The translations under genes were made by a program, and so were the position numbers. A DNA stretch of 64,000 nucleotides, from assembly GCA_016872675.1 (NCBI GenBank), contig VGZG01000007.1, positions 2,433 to 66,432 of the forward strand, written 5' to 3'. The stretch is from Planctomycetota bacterium (GTDB lineage Bacteria > Planctomycetota > UBA1135 > UBA2386). The notes under the pieces were generated by a model, which searched no databases, was not told where the DNA came from, and saw nothing but the letters and a program-made list of their open reading frames with translations. The stretch's first letter is position 1; every line of letters begins with the position of its first letter. Of this stretch, positions 52,641 to 61,690 are shown piece after piece.

Positions 52641-54992
52641 ATGCGACTCATGCCCCTCGCCGTCGCCGCGCTCGCCGCCGCCGCCGCCGCGCAGCGATGG
52701 CACGACGTGCCGGCCGTGTTCCCGGCGGCGCCCAATGCCCTGCCGCAGGCCGTGCGCGACGCGCAGTGCGACGCGCTGGTGCTCCTCGTCGCCTCGCACC
52801 CCGACGATCGCTACCTGCTGCCGGCGGCTTGGCTGCGCCGCGTCCACGGCGCGCGCGTCGCGCTGCTGCTGGCGACGCGCGGCGGTGGCGCGCAGAACAG
52901 CGCCGGCCCCGAGACCGGCGACGAGTTCGAACGGATCCGCACGCTCGAAGCCGAGGTCGGCGGCGCGCTCCTGGGCGTCGACGTATGGCACCTTGGCCGC
53001 CCCGACGCGGGCTATCGCCGCTCGGCCGCCGACACGCTGGCAGAGTGGGGGAAGGACGCGACGATTGACGACCTCGCGCGCCTGCTGCGACGCATCCGCC
53101 CCGACGTCGTGATGACGACGCACCACGACGCCGAGCAGCACGGCCACGACCTCGCGCTCATCGAACTGTTGCCGGCCGCGTTCTCTCGCGCGCGCGATCC
53201 CGCCTTTGCCACCGCCGAAGCGCCGCACGACATCGCGTCCTATTGGACCGGCTTCGACGACCGGCCCGGTCATGGCGTCCTCGACCTGCGCGTCGACGTG
53301 CCGGACGCCGAACTCGGCGTGCCGCTGCGCGAGCATGCGTACGCGATCCTTCGGGGCGCGCACCGCAGCCCCGGCGCGCCCGCGCCGCTCGACGACGTGT
53401 TCCCGCCGACGATGCGCTTCGTCGCGCGCGCCGAACGGACGACGTCCGCGGGTGATTCGACGTTCGCCCTGCCGAGCGTGCTCGACGCGGCGCGGTGGCC
53501 GGCTGCGGCGGGCGCGGCCGACGAACTCGCGCGCCAACTCGCATCGCTGCGGCCCGACGATCCGCAGTTGCTCGCCGCCGCGGCCGCCGCCGTTCGCGTC
53601 CTCGAGAACGCGCGCGCGCGCGCTGGCGACGGCGAAGCCGCCGTTCGCCTGGATCGCCGCCTCGCTGCGACGCGGCAACTCGTCGCGCTGGCTGCCGGCG
53701 CGCAGATTCGCCTCGCGTGCGCGCCTGGGGCCGTCGCCGTTCCCGGGCCCGCACTGGGCCTGCAAGCGACGATTCGCGCCGCCGCGCCGATGGAGTGGCG
53801 CGCCAGCGGTTGCGATGGCCTGCGCGTCGAGGGCGCCGCCGAATTCCGCGCCGACACCTCAGCGCTCCTGCGTGCGATCGCGCCGCCGTCGCCGACGGGC
53901 GATCCGATGGAGCCGCGCTTCCGCGCCGAGCGCTTCGCGCCGCCCTTCCGCGTGCGCGTTGAACTCCGGATCCGTGACGTCGTTGTCCCAGTCGATCTCG
54001 TCGTGCCGATTGAACTGAGCGCGCCGGTGACGTTGCGCGCGCAGCCGCGGGCGCTGCTGCTGCCGACCGCGCGCCGCACGCTGCGCTTCACTGTCGAAGC
54101 AGACCGACACGGCGCGACGCCGACGCTCGCCGACGTCGAGGTGCGCGCGGCCGCCGGCTATGCGATCGCCGTCGACCGGCAGCCAGCCGACCTGCGCGCT
54201 GCGACCCGCACGTCGCTGACGTTTGAAGTCACCGCGCCGGCGACGCGCCGCCCCGGCGTCGACGTGCTGCGCATCGGCATGGGGGACCTGCGCCTCGACC
54301 TGCCCGTGCACAAGGTCGACGTCGTCGTGCCGGATGGCCTGCGCGTCGGCATCGTGCGCGGCAGCGACGACACGCTTGGCAACGTGCTGGGCGCTGGCGG
54401 CCTTGGCATCGCGCTCACCGAACTCGACGACGCGGCGATCGCGTCATCGTCGTTCGCCGGGATCGACGCGATCGTCGTCGACATTCGCGCGCTGCGCGAT
54501 CGGCCGGCGGCGCGCCGCGCGTTCGATCGCCTGCTCGACTTCGCCTCGGGCGCCGGCAAGCGCCTCCTCGTTCTCTACCAGAAGGACGTCGAGTTCCAGC
54601 CGCCCGGCGAGGACTTCGTTGGCGCGCCGTTCCGTCCGTTCGTCGTCGGCAAGGCGCGCGTGACTCGCGCCGACGCGCCGGTGCGCGCGCTGCGCCGCGA
54701 TCATCCGCTGCTCACGCACCCCAACCGCATCCGCGCCGAAGACTGGGACGGCTGGGACCAGGAGCGCGCTCTCTATCTGCCTTCGGCATGGAGCGCGGCG
54801 TGCGAGGAAGTGCTCGAACTGCACGACCCCGGCCAGCCGCCCGAGCGCGGCGCGCTGCTGTACGCGCGCCACGGCGACGGCGAGTACGTCTACTGCGCGT
54901 TGTCACTGTGGCGGCAGCTCAAGAAGCTGCATCCCGGGGCAGTACGCCTGCTGGCCAATCTGCTGGCGCCGACGCCGCGCGCGCGCAACTGA
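52641..54992 (+). CDS. Large exported PIG-L/LmbE-family deacetylase with C-terminal GATase-like domain
   Basis: Signal peptide; 'SHPDD', 'TRGGGAQN', 'IRPDVVMT', 'HGH'; C-terminal 'HPLLTHPNRI...DWDGWDQER...LWRQL...GAVRLLANLL'; start ATG 52641. Confidence 0.75.
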   Translation: MRLMPLAVAALAAAAAAQRWHDVPAVFPAAPNALPQAVRDAQCDALVLLVASHPDDRYLLPAAWLRRVHGARVALLLATRGGGAQNSAGPETGDEFERIRTLEAEVGGALLGVDVWHLGRPDAGYRRSAADTLAEWGKDATIDDLARLLRRIRPDVVMTTHHDAEQHGHDLALIELLPAAFSRARDPAFATAEAPHDIASYWTGFDDRPGHGVLDLRVDVPDAELGVPLREHAYAILRGAHRSPGAPAPLDDVFPPTMRFVARAERTTSAGDSTFALPSVLDAARWPAAAGAADELARQLASLRPDDPQLLAAAAAAVRVLENARARAGDGEAAVRLDRRLAATRQLVALAAGAQIRLACAPGAVAVPGPALGLQATIRAAAPMEWRASGCDGLRVEGAAEFRADTSALLRAIAPPSPTGDPMEPRFRAERFAPPFRVRVELRIRDVVVPVDLVVPIELSAPVTLRAQPRALLLPTARRTLRFTVEADRHGATPTLADVEVRAAAGYAIAVDRQPADLRAATRTSLTFEVTAPATRRPGVDVLRIGMGDLRLDLPVHKVDVVVPDGLRVGIVRGSDDTLGNVLGAGGLGIALTELDDAAIASSSFAGIDAIVVDIRALRDRPAARRAFDRLLDFASGAGKRLLVLYQKDVEFQPPGEDFVGAPFRPFVVGKARVTRADAPVRALRRDHPLLTHPNRIRAEDWDGWDQERALYLPSAWSAACEEVLELHDPGQPPERGALLYARHGDGEYVYCALSLWRQLKKLHPGAVRLLANLLAPTPRARN

Positions 54993-55000
54993 CTCGACGC

Positions 55001-56455
55001 TCAACTGCGAGCGCGGCCGAGCCAGAGGCCGGCGACCAGGCTGGCGACCACCAGCGGGCCAACTGCGAGCGGCATCGAGCCGGTCTTCCACCACAGCAAC
55101 GTCGACCACGCCACGCCGAGCGCCGTCACTACAACGGGCGCGCGCAGCGACGATGGTTCGGCCAGCGGTGTTGGCGCGGCAACGGGCGCCGGCGCGGGCG
55201 GTGTCGGCGTTGACTTGGCAAGGGGCGCAGGCGGTGTTGGCGCGGCAACGGGCGCCGGCGCGGGCGGCGTCGGCGTTGACTCGGCAAGGGGCGCAGCTGG
55301 CGTTGGCGCGGCAACGGGCGCAGGCGGTGTTGGCGCGGCAACGGGCGCCGGCGCGAGCGGCGTCGGCGTTGACTTGGCAACGGGCGCAGCCGGTGTTGGC
55401 GCGGCAACGAGCGCCGGCGCGGGCGGCGTCGGCGTTGACTTGGCAACGGGCGCAGGCGCGGGCGGCGTCGGCGTGGCGGCCTCTTGCGTCACGGCTACGT
55501 CGAGTTGGCCCAGGCGTGCCTCGAGCTGCTGCACGCTGGCGACGGTCGCCGCGAGCGCTTTGCCTTGGCAGCCGAGTTCGGCGCGCAACTCGGTCAGCGC
55601 CGTCGCCACGCCCGCCGCTGCGATCGGGCGCATCTGCTCGAGCGCGGCGTCCAAGCTGGACTGCACCTGAGCGAGCGCCGCCAGCACGCGACGGTGGGCC
55701 TCCCTGAGTTCCAAATCAGCGCGTGGCGAAGCGGGCGTCGCCGCCGCCTCGGCAATGGCGGCCGTCGACAGCCGGACGTCCGCGCCCGTGGCGATGGCGT
55801 TCTTCTCGGTCGCCCACTCCAACGTCGTCGCCGGCGCGGCGAGCACGGCGCCGTCGGTCTCGGCGTCCTCGGCCCGCGCCGCCGCCGGCGTAGCGCACGC
55901 CGCAGCGTCGTGGCGCGAGGCGGTAGCGACATCCGCGCTGAGCGGCGGCGGCGCACCCTCGTCGACGGGCTCGAACGTCGACGACTCGTCGGCGCCGGCC
56001 GCCATGTCGCCAGCGTCGCCCTTCGTCGTGAACCCGACCGTCGGCAGGCAGGCCGCCGTGCGCCCATCCGCGGCCCATGCGGAGGCATCGGCGGCGGACG
56101 TTGCGTCGTCGTCGCCCGAGCGAAACACGCAGACGCCACCGAGCAGTGCCGCGCCGCGCGTCGCGTACAGGAGGTCTTCGACCACCGGCTCCGACGACGA
56201 CTTGGCGGGCGGCGCCGTCAGATCTTCGACGGCTTCGAGCGTCGGATCCGCGAGCTCTGGCACTTCGACCTCGCGCAGCGTCTCGGCAGGCGCGGCGGCG
56301 GCGTGATGCCACGCCGGCGCGATCCCTGCCATGTGCTCGCGGCGGGCGAGGAAAGCCCAAACGTCCGGCGTTGCGAACGCGGAACAAGGCTCAGGCAGGA
56401 TCGCCTGGATTGCGAGCGAGACGAGTGGCGGCGTGGTGTGTGGTTGGGACGACAC
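55001..56455 (-). CDS. Hypothetical low-complexity protein with coiled coil, Pro/Ala/Thr repeats and C-terminal TM hairpin
   Basis: 484-aa ORF with acidic/Ala-rich N-half, heptad region, PAPAPVAAPTP repeats, two C-terminal hydrophobic helices. Confidence 0.5.
   Translation of the reverse strand: MSSQPHTTPPLVSLAIQAILPEPCSAFATPDVWAFLARREHMAGIAPAWHHAAAAPAETLREVEVPELADPTLEAVEDLTAPPAKSSSEPVVEDLLYATRGAALLGGVCVFRSGDDDATSAADASAWAADGRTAACLPTVGFTTKGDAGDMAAGADESSTFEPVDEGAPPPLSADVATASRHDAAACATPAAARAEDAETDGAVLAAPATTLEWATEKNAIATGADVRLSTAAIAEAAATPASPRADLELREAHRRVLAALAQVQSSLDAALEQMRPIAAAGVATALTELRAELGCQGKALAATVASVQQLEARLGQLDVAVTQEAATPTPPAPAPVAKSTPTPPAPALVAAPTPAAPVAKSTPTPLAPAPVAAPTPPAPVAAPTPAAPLAESTPTPPAPAPVAAPTPPAPLAKSTPTPPAPAPVAAPTPLAEPSSLRAPVVVTALGVAWSTLLWWKTGSMPLAVGPLVVASLVAGLWLGRARS
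55165..55475. repeat. Intragenic tandem repeat, 66-bp unit (about 4 copies plus a 27-bp partial)
   Basis: Unit gcggtgttggcgcggcaacgggcgccggcgcgggcggtgtcggcgttgacttggcaaggggcgcag at 55165, 55231, 55324 and 55390, with a 27-bp subunit at 55297; encodes about PAPLAKSTPTPPAPAPVAAPTP. Confidence 0.9.
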
Positions 56456-56575
56456 GGGCGGGTCCGGCGAAGGAGGCGAGCCGACGCGCTCCCAGCCGTC
56501 TGCCTCATCGGTCGCCGGCTCCGCGCGCGTGAACCAGATCAGCGCGGGCGCGGTAGCTCCGCTGGCAGCGGCGAC

Positions 56576-56935
56576 TCAGGGCAGGCGCGGGAAGCGCATG
56601 TTCGACGATGCGCCGCGCACGAGGCGTACTTCGCGACTGCCGCCGCCCGACTGCAGCAGGTGGAAACCCTGCACCGTCTGCATCGAGTAGTCGCCGTTAT
56701 CGTAGATCAGCTCAAGGCGGATGTTGTCGCCGTGGTCGTCCATGTAGCGCACCTCGACCACGCTGCGGGCCGGCACGCTGACCGACGCGCCGCCCAGTGG
56801 TGTGTAATGCAGCTCCGAGATCGTGCGGATTGTCACGATGTCAGCGATCGTTGCGCCGGACGGTTTCGGATCCTGCGGCGACATGGCGATGGCGGCGAAG
56901 ATGGGGGCGGCGAAGAGCAGTTTCCAGGCGTTCAC
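56576..56935 (-). CDS. Small exported hypothetical protein
   Basis: Signal-like N-terminus; GGAGA RBS before GTG; coding-like codon usage. Confidence 0.55.
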   Translation of the reverse strand: MNAWKLLFAAPIFAAIAMSPQDPKPSGATIADIVTIRTISELHYTPLGGASVSVPARSVVEVRYMDDHGDNIRLELIYDNGDYSMQTVQGFHLLQSGGGSREVRLVRGASSNMRFPRLP

Positions 56936-57004
56936 GGGATTCTCCGGTGGGGTGATTCCGGCCCTTCTGGGACCGGCGCGCGCAGTCTATGACGAGACTC
57001 AATC

Positions 57005-57982
57005 GTGTTCCTGCCCGCCCGTTTCGTCCGCTTCGCGCTGGCCACCGCGCTCGCGCTGGCCGCCGCGTGCGGCCGGCCGCAGGAGACGCCGTTGCCGCGC
57101 CACGACGCCGTCCGCGTCGCCGCCGGCGCGGGCGAGGTCACGGAGGATGACCTCGCCCGCGTACAGACGGCGATCGACGCCGAACTGCCGTCTCTGCAGG
57201 CGACCTTCCCGGGGTTGCCGAGAGCTCCCTTCGCCGTGCTCGTCCATGGCGCGCGCGAGGCGCTGCCGCCGCACCTCGCGGCTTGCCTGCATCCCGAGTC
57301 GCCAGCGTTCGTGGTGCTGGGCGCGCGGCAGGTCCACCTCGTCGTCGGCGAGGTCCGCCGTCTTGGCACGCCGCTGCGCGGCGTCGTCCGGCACGAACTC
57401 GTCCATGAGCTGCTCGACCAGCGTGTCGGCGCGCACGGCCGCCGCGTGCCGCGCTGGTTCCACGAAGGCCTCGCCCAACTGCTCGCCGGCGACACCTACC
57501 TCGGCGCGCGCGAAGAAGACCTCGCCTTCGCCGCCATCGCCGGCCGGCTGCGCAACTTCGTCGAGCTCGCCGGCGACTTCCCGACGGACGTCACGTCGCT
57601 GCGCGAGGCCTACGCGCAGAGCCACTCGTACGTCTCGTGGCTCGCCCGCGACTACGGCGTGCGCGAACTCATTGAAGTCGCCGCTGCCGTCGACGACGTC
57701 ACCGCCTTCGAGCCCGCGCTCGCGCACGCCACCGGCCGTTCGACCGCGTGGCTGGAGGAGCGCTGGCGCGACTACGTGCTGCACGGCTCCGGCGCGCCGT
57801 GGCGACTCGCCTTCGACCACTGCTTTAGCGTGCTGCTGCTGCTGTTCCTGCCGATCCTGGTGCTGGCGCTGCGGCGCCACCTCGCCAAGGAAGCCGCGAC
57901 CGGCCGACGCCTGGCGCAGCGCGAAGCGGCCGCGGCGGCCCGGCTGGGGGACCCGCCGGCGGAACCGCCGCAAGCCGGCTAG
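57005..57982 (+). CDS. Peptidase MA-like zinc metallopeptidase (lipoprotein, C-terminal TM)
   Basis: Lipobox 'LAAAC'; 'RHELVH' and 'PRWFHEGLA', 'AYAQS'. Confidence 0.75.
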   Translation: MFLPARFVRFALATALALAAACGRPQETPLPRHDAVRVAAGAGEVTEDDLARVQTAIDAELPSLQATFPGLPRAPFAVLVHGAREALPPHLAACLHPESPAFVVLGARQVHLVVGEVRRLGTPLRGVVRHELVHELLDQRVGAHGRRVPRWFHEGLAQLLAGDTYLGAREEDLAFAAIAGRLRNFVELAGDFPTDVTSLREAYAQSHSYVSWLARDYGVRELIEVAAAVDDVTAFEPALAHATGRSTAWLEERWRDYVLHGSGAPWRLAFDHCFSVLLLLFLPILVLALRRHLAKEAATGRRLAQREAAAAARLGDPPAEPPQAG

Positions 57983-58022
57983 CCAAGGGTGAACGGCGCC
58001 CGCCGCTTGGTACAACCTCGCC

Positions 58023-58328
58023 GTGACCGCGACCCTGTCGAAGCCCGTGCGCCGTCTCGCCGCCGTCCTGCTCGCTGCTCTCGCCGCGTCCTGCGTCTCA
58101 CACACGCACGTCGTCGGCCTCGGCCCGACCAACAGCGGCGAGGCAACCGTGCGGCAGTACTACATCTTCTTCGGCCTCATCACGCTCAACGACGTCGACG
58201 CGCAGCGTCTCGCGCCCGACGTCACCAGCTACGCGATCGACACGCGCTTTGGCGTCGTCGACGCGCTGCTGTTTCCGTTGCTGCTGCCGGTGACCGCCAC
58301 TTCGCGCACGGTCACCGTCCGCACATGA
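58023..58328 (+). CDS. Bor/Iss-like small lipoprotein
   Basis: Lipobox 'LAASC'; 'YIFFGL' and C-terminal 'SRTVTV' pattern. Confidence 0.55.
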   Translation: MTATLSKPVRRLAAVLLAALAASCVSHTHVVGLGPTNSGEATVRQYYIFFGLITLNDVDAQRLAPDVTSYAIDTRFGVVDALLFPLLLPVTATSRTVTVRT

Positions 58329-58564
58329 ACGGCGCCAACAGCCGCCTCGCGCTGCAGTTCCTCGGTGCGGCCCGGCACGTCACCGGCACCATGCGCCCTT
58401 TCGCGGTCGGCAAGGACAAGGCTCTGCTCGACTGCGGAGTGGCGCAGGGGCCGCGCAAGGTCGCCAACGAGCAGAACAGCAACCTGCCGATCGCCGGCCG
58501 TGATGTCGCCGGCTTCCGCTCCGTGACGGTCCCCAGCAATCGCGATCGCATCACGAGCGACTGA
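58325..58564 (+). pseudogene. Internally deleted MBL-fold beta-CASP ribonuclease remnant
   Basis: 79 aa: N-terminal 'LQFLGAARHVTGT...LLDCGVAQG' of beta-CASP nucleases joined to a C-terminus-like 'GFRSVTVP'; HxHxDH and the rest of the enzyme are absent. Confidence 0.7.
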
Positions 58565-59361
58565 TGCGCGTTCCCTTCACCAAGATGGAGGGGCTCGGCA
58601 ACGACTACCTCTTCGTCGACGCCATCGCGCAGCCATTGGCGCTCGAGCGCGCGCCGGCGTGGGCGCAACGCTGGTCGGACCGGCGCTTCGGCGTCGGCTC
58701 CGACGGCGTGATCGCACTGCTGCGCGGCGACCGCGCGCCGGTGCGCATGGCGATGTGGAACGCCGACGGCTCGCGCGGCGCGATGTGCGGCAACGGCCTG
58801 CGCTGCCTTGCCCGTTTCGCGCGCGCCCGCGGCCACGTCGCTCACGACGCCTTCGACGTCGAGACCGACGCTGGTGTCCGCCGCGTCGAGCTGCTGCCCG
58901 GCGGCGCCGTGCGCGCCGCGATGGGGGCGGTGCGGCTGTCGCCGCCGCGCCGCGTCACCGTCGGCAGCATCGAGTTCGAGATCACCCCGGCCGACGTCGG
59001 CAACCCGCACGCGGTGTTGTTCGTCGCCGACCCCGACGCGATCGACGTCGCGCGGATCGGCGCGGCGCTGCAATGCCATCCGGACTTCCCGGGCGGCGTC
59101 AACGTCGAGTTCGTCGCCGTCGCCGGCCCCGACCGCCTGCGCCAGCGCACCTACGAGCGCGGCAGCGGCGAGACCCTTGCCTGCGGCACCGGCGCCGCCG
59201 CCGCCGTCGTGGCGGCGCGCGCCCGCGGCCTCGTCGCCGGCGCCCAGGCGACGGTGGCGCTGCGTGGCGGCGACCTACGGGTGCTCGGTCCGGCCGATGC
59301 GCTTGCGATCGAAGGGCCCGCACGTAGCGTGTTCGAAGGCGTGGTCGAAACCGGCGAATAG
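58564..59361 (+). CDS. dapF: Diaminopimelate epimerase
   Basis: 'FTKMEGLGNDY', 'NADGS...MCGNG', 'GNPHAV', 'NVEF', 'ERGSGETLACGTG'. Confidence 0.95.
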   Translation: MRVPFTKMEGLGNDYLFVDAIAQPLALERAPAWAQRWSDRRFGVGSDGVIALLRGDRAPVRMAMWNADGSRGAMCGNGLRCLARFARARGHVAHDAFDVETDAGVRRVELLPGGAVRAAMGAVRLSPPRRVTVGSIEFEITPADVGNPHAVLFVADPDAIDVARIGAALQCHPDFPGGVNVEFVAVAGPDRLRQRTYERGSGETLACGTGAAAAVVAARARGLVAGAQATVALRGGDLRVLGPADALAIEGPARSVFEGVVETGE

Positions 59362-59408
59362 CCGCGGCCACGCGACGCACACGCCGCCAATCGCAACGGA
59401 GCCATCGC

Positions 59409-59978
59409 ATGGGACAGCTCGCCTGGATCATTCCCGTCGCCATCGTCGTTCTCGTCTTGCTGTGGGCGATCGGCGCCTACAACGGACTCGTCGCGCTGCG
59501 CAACAAGGCCAAGAACGCCTGGAGCCAGATCGACGTCCAGCTCAAACGCCGCTACGAGCTGATCCCCAATCTCGTCGAGACGGCGAAGGGCTACATGAAG
59601 CACGAGCGCGAGACGCTGGAAGCCGTCGTGCGCGCGCGCCAGACCTGCGTCGACCTCAGCAAGGCCGGCGCCGTCGGCGACCTGGTAAAGGCCGAAGGCG
59701 CGCTGGCGCAGTCGCTGCGCAGCCTGTTCGCCGTCGCCGAGGCCTATCCCGAGCTCAAGGCCAACGAGAACATGCTGGCGCTGCAGGAAGAGCTGACGTC
59801 GACCGAGAACCGCATCGGCTTCGCCCGGCAGGCGTACAACGACGCCGTCATGGGCCTCAACAACGCGATCGAGCAGTGGCCGAGCTCGATCCTCGCCAGC
59901 TACGGACAGTTCAAGCAACTCGAGTTCTTCGAGGTTGAGGCCACCGAGGAGCGCAAGGCGGTCAAGGTGCAGTTCTGA
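59409..59978 (+). CDS. lemA: LemA family protein
   Basis: 'YNGLV', 'IDVQLKRRYELIPNLVET', 'EAYPELKA', 'ENRIGFARQAYND'. Confidence 0.93.
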   Translation: MGQLAWIIPVAIVVLVLLWAIGAYNGLVALRNKAKNAWSQIDVQLKRRYELIPNLVETAKGYMKHERETLEAVVRARQTCVDLSKAGAVGDLVKAEGALAQSLRSLFAVAEAYPELKANENMLALQEELTSTENRIGFARQAYNDAVMGLNNAIEQWPSSILASYGQFKQLEFFEVEATEERKAVKVQF

Positions 59979-59995
59979 GCCGCGCGCCCGGAGTC

Positions 59996-60628
59996 GTGCT
60001 CGTCGCCGGCGCCACGGGCCGCATCGGCGGAGCGGTCGCGCGGTGTGTGCTTGCGCGCGGTGGCCGCGTCGCTGCCGCGGTGCGCAAGCCGTGGCAGGTC
60101 GACAAACTGCGCGTCGTGCTCGCCAACGACCGAGCCCTCGTCGGGCTGGTGCCCGCGGGCGACGCCGAAGCGGCGGCCGGCTTCGTCAAGGGCGCCAAGG
60201 ACGCGCTCGGTCCGCTCGGCGCGGTCGTCGGCGCCGCCGGCTGCTGGCAGGAGCGCGCGCCGGGCAAGGAGCCGGGCGGCGACCTCGCCGAGTTGCTGGC
60301 CGCCAACCTGCAGGCCAACGCGCTGCTCGCGCGCGCGGCGTTGCCGTTCTTCCGCCGGCAGAAGCGCGGCGCGCTGGCGTTTGTCGGCGCAACCGACGCG
60401 GCGCTGCGAGACGGCTCGGCGGCGTTCGCCGCCAGCATGGCCGGTCTGCACGAGTTCGTGCGGGCGCTACAGCGCGACCTCGTCGATACTGGCGTCGCCG
60501 CGCACCTGCTGCCGCTCGACGCTACGCTCGCAGCCGACGCCGCCGCGGTCGCCGACCGGCTGGTCGACATGGCGCTGGGGCGCGCCGCCAGCTGGGGGGG
60601 GCTGTTGCCGCCGGCGGGCAAGGGCTAG
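59996..60628 (+). CDS. SDR-fold protein with altered catalytic motif
   Basis: Rossmann 'AGATGRIG'; YxxxK position reads 'FAASM'. Confidence 0.7.
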   Translation: MLVAGATGRIGGAVARCVLARGGRVAAAVRKPWQVDKLRVVLANDRALVGLVPAGDAEAAAGFVKGAKDALGPLGAVVGAAGCWQERAPGKEPGGDLAELLAANLQANALLARAALPFFRRQKRGALAFVGATDAALRDGSAAFAASMAGLHEFVRALQRDLVDTGVAAHLLPLDATLAADAAAVADRLVDMALGRAASWGGLLPPAGKG

Positions 60629-60639
60629 AAGCCCACAGC

Positions 60640-61689
60640 ATGGCACGCACCTGCGCATCGCGATTCCGGTCGCTGGCGGCGACGCTAGCCGCGGCGCTGA
60701 CGGTCGTTGCCAGCCTCGCGGCGCAGCCGCAATCGGCGCCGCAGCGGCAGCCGTCGGTCAGCGCGCAAGGCCCGACGATTTCCGACGCCTTCGACGCTTG
60801 GTTCGCGGCCGGCGCCCCGGCCGACGGCAACAAGGCGCTGCTGACCGCCCTCACCGTCGAGCCCCTGGCGGGACTCTGCTGGCTGTCGGCGGCGCAAGCC
60901 GGCGCCGGCGAGGACGTCGCCCGCCGCAAGGCGATCGAGCAGGCCGAGCGCGACTTCGCCCTCGCCTTCGTCAGGATCCAGCGCGCGAGCGACATCACCT
61001 ATCGCGGCCAGTACGACGCGATGGCCGCGCTGCAGCCGCGCGTTGGCGAGTTCTTCTTCATGCTGCTGCTCGAGCCGCCGCAGTGGTTCCCGACCACGCA
61101 GCGCATCGAGCTGGTGCCGGCGCTGCGCGACCTGCAGACGCGCATTCCCGAGGCCGTGCGCGTCGACGCGATCGTGCGGATCGCCGACAACGAGCGCATC
61201 GAGCCCGAGGACCTGCGCGTCGCGCTCGCCGCAATGCTGTGGCAGTGGGGCGTCAAGGACCAGGCCCAGCGCCACCTCGCGCGCCTCGTCGCCGCCACCG
61301 CGGAGGGCGAGCCGGAAGAACGCATGCAGTCGACGCTCGCGCTTGCCGACTTCCACAACCAGCTGCGCGACCACAAATCCGCGGCCGCCGCGTACCGCGC
61401 CGCGCAGGCGCTCGCCAAGGGCGCGAAGGTCGAGTGGAAGCCGCTGACGTGGTACTCGGCGGCGTGCGTGCATGCACTCGCCGGTCAGCGCGAACGCGCG
61501 CTCGACGCGATCGACGCGTGCGCCGCGCGGCTCGCGTCGCCCGAACTGGACAGCTCGCTGCGACTGTCGCGCAAGATGTTCGACCGCGATCCAGAGCTCG
61601 ACTCGCTGCGCGCCGACCCGCGCTTCCAGGCGGCCGTGCAGCGCGCGTTCCCGGCGGCCGACACGCCGCCGGCGCAGGCGGGCCGCTGA
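60640..61689 (+). CDS. Exported protein with C-terminal TPR end-of-group-like domain
   Basis: Signal peptide; 'WYSAACVHALAG...DPELDSLRADPRF' pattern; start ATG 60640. Confidence 0.7.
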   Translation: MARTCASRFRSLAATLAAALTVVASLAAQPQSAPQRQPSVSAQGPTISDAFDAWFAAGAPADGNKALLTALTVEPLAGLCWLSAAQAGAGEDVARRKAIEQAERDFALAFVRIQRASDITYRGQYDAMAALQPRVGEFFFMLLLEPPQWFPTTQRIELVPALRDLQTRIPEAVRVDAIVRIADNERIEPEDLRVALAAMLWQWGVKDQAQRHLARLVAATAEGEPEERMQSTLALADFHNQLRDHKSAAAAYRAAQALAKGAKVEWKPLTWYSAACVHALAGQRERALDAIDACAARLASPELDSSLRLSRKMFDRDPELDSLRADPRFQAAVQRAFPAADTPPAQAGR

Positions 61690-61690
61690 C

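Noticed and set aside
55165-55475. Possible CRISPR array
   Set aside because: Units are contiguous with no unique spacers, are multiples of three, lie in an ORF, and no cas genes are present
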